Shown: positions 19,878 to 27,739 of the stretch, piece after piece
Position numbering within the stretch: the first letter of the stretch is position 1
Layout of the letters: each line of letters opens with the position of its first letter
NCBI GenBank assembly: GCA_965223325.1
Contig: CBDCWI010000002.1
Location: 3,936,001 to 4,000,000, forward strand
Reading direction: 5' to 3'
From: Candidatus Multivoradales bacterium
GTDB taxonomy: Bacteria > Acidobacteriota > Thermoanaerobaculia > Multivoradales > Multivoraceae
DNA length: 64,000 nt
The notes under the pieces: generated by a model
Told to the model about the DNA's origin: nothing
Seen by the model: only the letters and a program-made list of their open reading frames with translations
Databases searched by the model: none
Made by a program: the position numbers and the translations under genes

Positions 19878-22756
19878 TGTTGCTCACCTGTCGGGGTTTC
19901 GTGGTCGCTGCCCTTCTTGCCCTCCTGGTGGTTCCGGTTGCCGCACAGGACGAGGACGGTTTGGTGACCGCGATCGAAGTGCGCACGGATTCACGCTCGG
20001 CGGACCGGCGGGCGCTTTCCGACGCGATCGAAATCAACCTCGGCCAAGCGCTCGACCGAACCCTCGCGGCACGGACGATCGAGAACCTCTACGGGCTTGG
20101 CCTGGGCTCCGACATTCGCCTTTCACTGGTCCCTGCCCCAGAGGGCGACGGGCTGGTTGCCGTGTTCGAGATTCACTCCGACGTACGGCTCGAGTCCGTC
20201 GAGATCGCCGGTGTTCGGAGTCTTTCGCGTGGCGAGCTGTTCTCGGTCATCGAGGCACGCGCCGGCGAGCGCTTGCTGGAAGACAGGCTCTTGCGCTCAG
20301 TTTTTTCGCTGCGCGATCTATACGACGATGCGGGCTACCGCGACGCCCGAGTACGTCTTGCGGTGGATATAGACGAGACCTCGCGACTCGCAGCGGTGAC
20401 CTTTCATCTCGATTCAAGAGAGCGTGCCCAGGTCGCCGAGGTCATCTTCGACGGCGCCGTGACCGGCCTGCCCTACAGCACGCTCTTAGAACCGCTCGAG
20501 CTGGTTCCAGGGAGCGACTTCAGTCGCCGAGCGCTGCGCGAGGACGCCGATCGCCTCCGACGTCACCTGCAGGGGCTAGGCTACCGGCGGGTGCGCGTCG
20601 AAGCTTCGCGGGTCGTCGAGGGCGACGGTGGGTCCGCCCGGGGCGTCGAGATCCACCATCGGGTTTTCCTGGGGCCGCTGGTCGAGGTGGTCTTCGATCT
20701 ACCGGACGCCGATGACCGCAAACGTCTGGAGCAGAAAGGCATGTTGCCGTTTCTCGGCGAAGCCGGGCTCGATCAGGGCCTGCTCCAGGAGTCTGTCCAG
20801 CGCGTGCGAGCCGAGTATCAGCGGCGTGGCTACTACGATGTTTCAGTGACCGCCGAAACCGCGGTGCAGGAGGCTCTCCCCCATACCCCTCCGAGCGAGC
20901 GGGTGGGCGAGGTGGAGCAGGTGACCTTCACGGTCAGAGCGGGAGAACGCTACCGACTGGTTGGACTCGAGCTCGAAGGCAATACGAGCTATGCGGACTC
21001 CGTCCTGTTACCACTCTTTGAAACCGCGCCTGGGCGCGGTTTGGGGGGAAGCGGTCGCCTGGTGAGCGATGCCTTCGACGCCGATCTCGACAACCTGCGC
21101 GCCTGGTACGCCCTGCAGGGTTTCAGTGAGGCGCAGATCGGTCCTGCTGAGATCGAGCGCCGGCCACCCCAGCGCCAAGGGGAGCGCGGCGAGCTCGCGG
21201 TCGTTGTGCCGATTCTCGAGGGGCCCAGACAGCTGGTCTCTGGCCTGAGCCTGCAAATCGGCGCCGAAGGACCGGGCGCTCTCCAGGGCCGGCAGCTGCC
21301 GACCGCCGCCGAACTCGAAGCGGAGCTGCCGCTCGAAGTGGGCGGGCCCTTTCATACGCAGCGTCTCGAGCAGGCAGAACAGCGCATCCGCGCGGTTTTC
21401 GAGGCGGCCGGTTTCGATCGCGCGCTGGTTTCTTCGGACGTTGATTGGGGCACCGATGGCCAGCTTGCAGACGTTCATCTCGAGATCGAGCCCGGCGTTC
21501 GACGAGTGGTGGGTGGCGTCATCGTAAGAGGCAATCTGCTGACCCGCGAGTCACTGATTCGGCGCTCGATGGGTCTCGAGCGTGGCCAACCGTTCCACCG
21601 GGCACGGCTGCTCGAAGCGCAGCGGGCGCTCTACCGGCTCGGGGTTTTCTCGCGCGTCACCGTCGAACCGGGACCGCGTCGACTCAAAGGCGACGCTCTA
21701 GGCCTGGCCGCGGGAGAGGTCTCCCAGGAGGTCATCGTGCGCCTTGTCGAAGCGCGACGTTGGCGCCTTTCGTATGGCGCGAGCTGGAACTCGGAGGATG
21801 GCTTCGGCGGCCTGTTCGCCGCGTCGCGCTCAAACCTCTTCGGGCGGGGAGGCGCCCTGCAACTTGATACGCGTGTGAATCAACGCGAGGAGCGCTTCCG
21901 CCTGTTGTACGTCGACCGCCGCCCTGGGCGTGGAGCGACGACTCTGAACTATGCGCTCTATCGGATCTCAGAGGAGCTGTCGGAGTTTCAGTCCGAGCGC
22001 TTCGGCCTGCAGCTCGAAGCACAGCGCATTCTCGGAGGCGTGCGAGCGAGCGCCTTCTTCGACTACCGCAACGTTGATCTCGAGCTCGGCAGTGGCATCG
22101 ACCCCGATACCTCGGTCATTGGCCTGGTCGATCGCGAGCTAGCCGAAGTGGAGATCGCCAGTGTGACCGCGACGCTCTCGATCGACCGTCGCGATGATCC
22201 GTTCGAACCGCGGCGCGGCTACTCCGGGACCGTGCAACTCGAACAGGCCTTCAGCCTCTTTTCGGCCAAGGAAGAGTTCACCAAGCTCTTCGTTCAGGGT
22301 ACCGGGGCTTTCGACCTCGCGCCCGTCGGCGTTGTAGCGGCTAGCGTTCGTGTAGGTGGCATCGAGCGCGGTGGTGACGAGGCGGTGCCGATTTCGGAGC
22401 GCTTTTTCGCCGGTGGACGCACCACACATCGTGCGTTCGCGCGCGACGAACTCGGTTTCGTGGGAGAAACGATTCGCGAGGGGATTTCGGTGGGTGGCGA
22501 AGGACTGTTGCTCGGCAATCTGGACTTTCGCTTCCCGATCGCTGGGGCGTTTGGAGGCACCATCTTCTTCGACACAGGTGGCGTGTGGTCGGAATGGACG
22601 GACGTCGATCCTTCCGAGCTCCGCCATGGTGCCGGAGTCGGGGTTCGCTACCTGTCGCCAGTTGGACCGATCCGGTTGGAGGTAGGCTGGAAGCTCGACC
22701 CGGATGTAGACGAAAGCCGCAGCGTCGTTTTCTTGAGCTTTGGTAACGCGTTCTAG
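19877..22756 (+). CDS. Omp85-family (BamA/TamA) protein with POTRA repeats
   Basis: POTRA repeats (YQRRGYY, GNLLTRESLIRR, LYRLGVFSRV), ERFFAGG, RYLSPVGPIRLEVG, C-terminal SFGNAF. Confidence 0.92.
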   Translation: MLLTCRGFVVAALLALLVVPVAAQDEDGLVTAIEVRTDSRSADRRALSDAIEINLGQALDRTLAARTIENLYGLGLGSDIRLSLVPAPEGDGLVAVFEIHSDVRLESVEIAGVRSLSRGELFSVIEARAGERLLEDRLLRSVFSLRDLYDDAGYRDARVRLAVDIDETSRLAAVTFHLDSRERAQVAEVIFDGAVTGLPYSTLLEPLELVPGSDFSRRALREDADRLRRHLQGLGYRRVRVEASRVVEGDGGSARGVEIHHRVFLGPLVEVVFDLPDADDRKRLEQKGMLPFLGEAGLDQGLLQESVQRVRAEYQRRGYYDVSVTAETAVQEALPHTPPSERVGEVEQVTFTVRAGERYRLVGLELEGNTSYADSVLLPLFETAPGRGLGGSGRLVSDAFDADLDNLRAWYALQGFSEAQIGPAEIERRPPQRQGERGELAVVVPILEGPRQLVSGLSLQIGAEGPGALQGRQLPTAAELEAELPLEVGGPFHTQRLEQAEQRIRAVFEAAGFDRALVSSDVDWGTDGQLADVHLEIEPGVRRVVGGVIVRGNLLTRESLIRRSMGLERGQPFHRARLLEAQRALYRLGVFSRVTVEPGPRRLKGDALGLAAGEVSQEVIVRLVEARRWRLSYGASWNSEDGFGGLFAASRSNLFGRGGALQLDTRVNQREERFRLLYVDRRPGRGATTLNYALYRISEELSEFQSERFGLQLEAQRILGGVRASAFFDYRNVDLELGSGIDPDTSVIGLVDRELAEVEIASVTATLSIDRRDDPFEPRRGYSGTVQLEQAFSLFSAKEEFTKLFVQGTGAFDLAPVGVVAASVRVGGIERGGDEAVPISERFFAGGRTTHRAFARDELGFVGETIREGISVGGEGLLLGNLDFRFPIAGAFGGTIFFDTGGVWSEWTDVDPSELRHGAGVGVRYLSPVGPIRLEVGWKLDPDVDESRSVVFLSFGNAF

Positions 22757-22820
22757 TGAGAGGCACGACGCGCTGCCGTTCCCGTGGATGGGCGTACGCT
22801 CCAGGCTCGCTGCCGCGCGC

Positions 22821-23390
22821 CTACTCGAGTCGTTGGTGGCGCCCGCGGCTGTAGAGGGTCCAGGTCTTGCCCTCGTCACGAGAGATCTCCATCAACACGA
22901 CGTGTGAGTCAGGGCGGATCTCCTGGTATGTCCGTCGATACATCATCGTGCCGCCGTCTGGCCATGGGTGGGGTTCGATCTCCGTGAGTACCAGGTGACC
23001 GTCCTCGAAGCCACCGCGCAGGTGGTCGAAGTGCCCCATTTGGTCGACGGCGACCCATACGAACTGTTTCTCGAGCGGGCGGTAGGTGTACCAGATGCGG
23101 CCGACGTCACTGCCGGCTCCCGCTTCGAGCACCAACCCGCCGAGAATCGGTTCGGTCAGGAATGGCTCGAACCCCGCCTCTTTCGTGGAGGTGCGGCGGG
23201 TGACATTGCCCTCCGGGTCGAGAATCTCCCCCTCACTGGTCCAGCGGCCGAGCAGGAAGTTCAGCTGGTCCATCTCGGGCGGCCGCGGTGCGGATTGGAG
23301 CGGGGATTGTGCCGCCAGCGGCGTTGTGGCAGCGAGCGTCAGAAGGGCGGCGAGGACTCTCTGGCGAACACGGATAGGGACGGGCTTCAT
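22821..23390 (-). CDS. Secreted DUF1579-like beta-barrel protein
   Basis: GGAGG RBS before ATG at 23390; signal peptide ...TPLAAQ; EMDQLNFLLGRW...MEISRDEGKTW pattern. Confidence 0.65.
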   Translation of the reverse strand: MKPVPIRVRQRVLAALLTLAATTPLAAQSPLQSAPRPPEMDQLNFLLGRWTSEGEILDPEGNVTRRTSTKEAGFEPFLTEPILGGLVLEAGAGSDVGRIWYTYRPLEKQFVWVAVDQMGHFDHLRGGFEDGHLVLTEIEPHPWPDGGTMMYRRTYQEIRPDSHVVLMEISRDEGKTWTLYSRGRHQRLE

Positions 23391-23470
23391 TTGCGATCCT
23401 CCAAGGAAGGGTGTCTCCTGATCGAGCGACCTGGAGTCCCGCATACCTACGATGGATCGCGACCTTCTTC

Positions 23471-23502
23471 CATCACATTAGACTAAGAGGTTCATACATT
23501 AG
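23471..23502. promoter_or_regulatory. Tandem direct repeat ACATTAG with 21-bp period in a divergent intergenic region; candidate wHTH operator
   Basis: ACATTAG at 23475-23481 and 23496-23502, in an AT-rich patch between the divergent genes. Confidence 0.4.
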
Positions 23503-23518
23503 CTCCAGGAACCTCACG

Positions 23519-24970
23519 GTGGACCCACGCCAAACACGCCGGGCAGAAGGCTCGGCTGCACACAGCCAGCGCTTCGGGAAGGACGGAGAGTTCGTTCTCG
23601 ATCTCGACTCGCATGAGCTCACGTGGAGGGGGAGGCGGCTCGCGCTCCGGCAGCAGCCGGCACGGCTTCTCTCCCTCCTCCTGGAGCGAGCCGGCACCGT
23701 GGTCACGCGTGAGGACATCCGTCGACATCTGTGGGGTGCTGGTCACCACGTCGACGCGAATCAGGGCATCAACAACGCCATCCGAGAGCTGCGAATGGTC
23801 CTGGGAGACAATGCCCAGGAGCCGCTCTTCGTGCAAACGGTCGCCCGGGTCGGCTACCGCTTCATCTCGCCGATCACACCGTCGCGGACGCACGACGCGG
23901 CACCCTCTCGCAGGTGGCTGCCGAACCAGCCAGTGGCAGCGCTGATCGCGACTCTCGGGCTCGCGACGTTGGTTCTCCTGGCCATCAATCTTCGGCAGCA
24001 GGGATCCGCGGCCACCCTTCCGACCGATGGGTCGGTGCGTGAAGCCTTCCTCAAGGGGCGCTACCTTCTCCAGCGCGGAACGCGCGAGGATGCCATCAGG
24101 AGTCTCGAGCACTTCGAGCTCGTCGTCGACCAGGAGCCCTCTTTCGCACCGGCCCATGCAGCTCTTGCCGAAGCGTACATTGCGACCCGAAATGGGGTTC
24201 CTAACGCTCGTCGCCTCGCTCGCCGAGCAGTTCGCGAGGCACTGGCTCGAGATGACTCTCTCTCGATCGCGCACGCTCTGGACGCAGAACTGATGCTCTT
24301 CGGTGACTGGGATCTCGACGGTGCCCGTACGGCCTTCGAGCACGCTATAGACCTCGACCCCTCGCTGGTGAGAGCGTGGCTCGGTCTGGCCCTGATCTCT
24401 TCGCTCGAGGCGCGTCATGACGATGCACTGGCCGAGCTGGCGCAGGCGCGCCAAATCGACCCGGTCTCCCCTCTCCTGCGCGGGGAACTGGGATGGTTCC
24501 TGTTTCGCGCTCGGCAGTTTGAGAGGGCCGCGAGTCGCAGTCGAGAAACGCTCGAGCTCGACCCCACCAACCTTCACGCGTCGTTGTGTCTGCTCGAGTC
24601 GTCGTTGCGGCTCGGTCATCTCGAGCAGGCCGCAGCCGAAGCATTGCGCTCGATGCGACTCGAGGGAGCAGCCTCCCCGTTCCTCGAGCGCCTGGCCGAT
24701 GCCGAAGCTGCGACCATCGTCGACGAGTTTCGTCGATGGCGGCTGAAACGCTTCAGTCAAGACGGCGAGCCACCGAGTTCCCAGCTCGCGATTGCCAATG
24801 CCGCACTCGGAGACGCCGAAGCCGTCCATGCGGCTCTCGAGAGTGCATATCGGGAGCGCTCTGCCTTCCTTCTCTACGTGCGGGTCGACCCACGTTTCGA
24901 TGCTTTCGCGAGCGACGCCCGATTCCAGAACCTGATGCGGCAGGTGGGAGAGCGCGTGTCGCACTCCTGA
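23519..24970 (+). CDS. CadC/OmpR-type winged-helix, TM, TPR-repeat regulator (start uncertain)
   Basis: LRQQPARLLSLLLERAGTVVTREDIRRHLW...INNAIRELRMVLGDNAQEPLFVQTVARVGYRFI; one TM; TPRs; C-terminal VDPRFD. Confidence 0.9.
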   Translation: MDPRQTRRAEGSAAHSQRFGKDGEFVLDLDSHELTWRGRRLALRQQPARLLSLLLERAGTVVTREDIRRHLWGAGHHVDANQGINNAIRELRMVLGDNAQEPLFVQTVARVGYRFISPITPSRTHDAAPSRRWLPNQPVAALIATLGLATLVLLAINLRQQGSAATLPTDGSVREAFLKGRYLLQRGTREDAIRSLEHFELVVDQEPSFAPAHAALAEAYIATRNGVPNARRLARRAVREALARDDSLSIAHALDAELMLFGDWDLDGARTAFEHAIDLDPSLVRAWLGLALISSLEARHDDALAELAQARQIDPVSPLLRGELGWFLFRARQFERAASRSRETLELDPTNLHASLCLLESSLRLGHLEQAAAEALRSMRLEGAASPFLERLADAEAATIVDEFRRWRLKRFSQDGEPPSSQLAIANAALGDAEAVHAALESAYRERSAFLLYVRVDPRFDAFASDARFQNLMRQVGERVSHS

Positions 24971-25069
24971 ATGCCGGGCGCTCCAGACCCTTCAGGGGAA
25001 AGGTGACCATGGAGAGATATGCAGAGTTGTCGGATCTTGGGTGACTGGAAGCTTGTATAGTCAGTTGAT

Positions 25070-26290
25070 ATGCCCGATTCGAAGAACAATGCTTTCGCCA
25101 GCGTGCCCGATGCGGTCGAGGCGATTCGCTGCGGGGAGATGGTCATCGTCGTTGACGACGAGGATCGTGAGAACGAAGGGGATCTGGTGCTGGCGGCTGA
25201 GAAGGTTTCCGCCGAAGCGATCAACTTCATGGCCCGACATGCGCGCGGGTTGATTTGCCTGGCGTTGACAGAGGAGCGTTGCGATGCGCTCGAGCTGCCA
25301 TTGATGGTCGAGGACAACACCGCTCCGCTTGGCACGGCGTTCACAGTCTCGATCGAGGCACGTGGCAAAGTCACGACGGGAATCTCGGCGGCCGATCGGG
25401 CGGCGACTGTGGCAGCCGCGATCGACCCGGCGACTGGGCCGAAGGATCTGCAGCGGCCGGGACATGTCTTTCCGCTGCGGTCGATGCCTGGCGGTGTGCT
25501 GAAGCGAACCGGGCATACCGAAGCCTCGGTTGATCTGGCACGTATGGCCGGCCTCCATCCCTCGGGCGTGGTTTGCGAGATCATGAACGAAGACGGTTCG
25601 ATGGCGCGCGTACCTGACCTGATTCCCTACGCGCGTGAGCACGGTCTCTTGATGATCACCGTTGCTGACCTGATTCAGTACCGGTTACGAACCGAGACCC
25701 TGGTCGAACGCTTCGCTGCGCCGCGCATTCCTACCCACTACGGCGAGTTCGTCGTCCACGCCTATCGCTCCCAGATCACCGGCGAGGAAAACATCGCCCT
25801 CGTCCGTGGAGAGATCGACTCCACGAAGCCGGTCCTCGTGCGGGTGCACTCACAAGACCTGATTGGCGATGTGTTCGGTTCATCGCGGGCGGATTCGGGA
25901 GGCCAGCTGCATACCGCCCTCGAGCGCATTGACTCCGAGGGCGCGGGCGTTCTGCTCTACCTCCTGCAGGAGGGTCGTGGGATTGGCCTTCTGAACAAAC
26001 TCAAAGCACTTGAGTTGCAAGAGGCCGGGCATGACACGGTGGAGGCGAACGAGCAGCTCGGTTTTGCTGCCGACCAACGCGACTACGGCATCGGCGCGCA
26101 GATTCTTCGCGATCTGGGTGTGAGGCGTATGCGTTTGATGACCAACAACCCGAGCAAGTACGTAGCACTCGATGGCTACGGTCTCGAAATCGTCGAACGC
26201 CTGCCGCTCGAACTTCCGCCCTCGGATGATAGTCGGGCGTACTTGAAGACCAAGCGCGAGAAGATGGGGCACCTGCTCAAGTTGATCTAG
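25070..26290 (+). CDS. ribBA: DHBP synthase fused to a degenerate GTP cyclohydrolase II domain (RibBA/RibBX-like)
   Basis: DDEDRENEGD, FTVSIEA, TTGISAADR, RPGHVFPL, GHTEASVDL, CEI are intact. The GCH II half reads RVHSQDLIGDVFGSSRADSG, lacking the three Cys. Confidence 0.93.
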   Translation: MPDSKNNAFASVPDAVEAIRCGEMVIVVDDEDRENEGDLVLAAEKVSAEAINFMARHARGLICLALTEERCDALELPLMVEDNTAPLGTAFTVSIEARGKVTTGISAADRAATVAAAIDPATGPKDLQRPGHVFPLRSMPGGVLKRTGHTEASVDLARMAGLHPSGVVCEIMNEDGSMARVPDLIPYAREHGLLMITVADLIQYRLRTETLVERFAAPRIPTHYGEFVVHAYRSQITGEENIALVRGEIDSTKPVLVRVHSQDLIGDVFGSSRADSGGQLHTALERIDSEGAGVLLYLLQEGRGIGLLNKLKALELQEAGHDTVEANEQLGFAADQRDYGIGAQILRDLGVRRMRLMTNNPSKYVALDGYGLEIVERLPLELPPSDDSRAYLKTKREKMGHLLKLI

Positions 26291-27499
26291 TGAGAGGCGT
26301 GATTTTTCGGCCCTGGTAGCGCTTTCCGCGTTGGTGTTGAGCGGTACGGTTGGGTCGTGGTCCTCGCGCTTCTGGTAGGTCGTTATCACGCCTCTCACTA
26401 GACGTCTTCCCACCCCCTGGCCCCTCAAGGGGCCGGCGCAAGCGGTCCGTCGTGCGTGCCTTGTGCGGTTGGCGTTCGCCCTGTAGTTGTGGCGGTGGCC
26501 TTCGGTTCGCTTGTCGCGCGCCTTACACCTCAGTTCGCTGGTGGTAGGCGCGTCGTCGTCGAGCCGCGTGTTTCGGGGTGAGAGGCGTGATTCGTGCTAG
26601 TGAGAGGCGTGATTGTTCGGCGTCTGGTAGCGCTTCCCGCGTTGGTGTTGAGCGGTGGGGTTGGATTGTGGTCGTCGCGCTTCTGGTAGGTCGTTATCAC
26701 GCCTCTCACTAGACGTCTTCCCACCCCCTGGCCCCTCAAGGGGCCGGCGCAAGCGGTCCGTCGTGCTTGCCTTGTGCGGTTGGCGTTCGCCCTGTAGTTG
26801 TGGCGGTGGCCTTCGGTTCGCTTGTCGCGCGCCTTACACCTCAGTTCGCTGGTGGTAGGCGCGTCGTCGTCGAGCCGCGTGTTTCGGGGTGAGAGGCGTG
26901 ATTCTTCAGTGAGAGGCGTGATTGTTCGGCCCTGGTAGCGTTTTCCGCGTTGGTGTTGAGCGGTACGGTTGGGTCGTGGTCCTCGCGCTTCTGGTAGGTC
27001 GTTATCACGCCTCTCACTAGACGTCTTCCCACCCCCTGGCCCCTCAAGGGGCCGGCGCAAGCGGTCCGTCGTGCTTGCCTTGTGCGGTTGGCGTTCGCCC
27101 TGTAGTTGTGGCGGTGGCCTTCGGTTCGCTTGTCGCGCGCCTTACACCTCAGTTCGCTGGTGGTAGGCGCGTCGTCGTCGAGCCGCGTGTTTCGGGGTGA
27201 GAGGCGTGATTCGTGCTAGTGAGAGGCGTGATTGTTCGGCGCCTGGGAGCGCTTCCCGCACTGGTGCTGAGCGGTGGGGTTGGATTGTGGTCGTCGCGCT
27301 TCTGGTAGGTCGTTATCACGCCTCCCACTAGACGTCTTCCCACCCCCTGGCCCCTCAAGGGGCCGGCGCAAGCGGTCCGTCGTGCGTGCCTTTGCGTTTG
27401 GCGTTCGCCCTGTAGTTGTGGCGGTGGCCTTCGGTTCGCTTGTCGCGCGCCTTACACCTCAGTTCGCGGTTGGTGCGCGAGTCGTCTTCGAGCCGCGTG
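26287..27499. repeat. Tandem array of four ~310-bp units (A-B-A-B), each starting with a ~115-bp inverted-repeat-bounded element
   Basis: Units start at 26287, 26597, 26906, 27216. 17-bp inverted repeat CTAGTGAGAGGCGTGAT/ATCACGCCTCTCACTAG; internal hairpin GGCCCC-TCAA-GGGGCC in every unit. Confidence 0.95.
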
Positions 27500-27739
27500 G
27501 TTCGGTTCGCGAGTGACGTCCTCGTTGTTCGATTCGGGTGACGTGGCGTTTCGTCCTCTTGTGCGCGTCATCGGCTACGACTCGCTTTGCAGTGGGGATC
27601 GCCAGGAGGGATCCGGCGCGGGGCTCGTTCGTTACACTGGTAGGCGGCAGTCGTTCTCGGAACCCACGCCTCATCCTCGTCATCTCTCCTCCAGCGCAAC
27701 TCGTGGGGTAGTAGAGAGATCAGCCGTCCGGAGGTGTTG

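Noticed and set aside
24971-25069. FMN riboswitch upstream of ribBA
   Set aside because: Only about 100 bp, and the conserved RFN motifs are not recognisable.
26287-27499. CRISPR array
   Set aside because: Whole 310-bp units repeat, there are no unique spacers, and no cas genes are present.
27490-27508. GAGCCG...CGGTTC resembling group II intron domain V
   Set aside because: The stem is far too short, with no domain VI and no RT gene.
26350-27516. Repeated short ORFs in the array as a tandem peptide or RiPP precursor family
   Set aside because: Non-ATG starts, no RBS, frames on both strands and indels between copies. The conservation is better explained by nucleotide structure.
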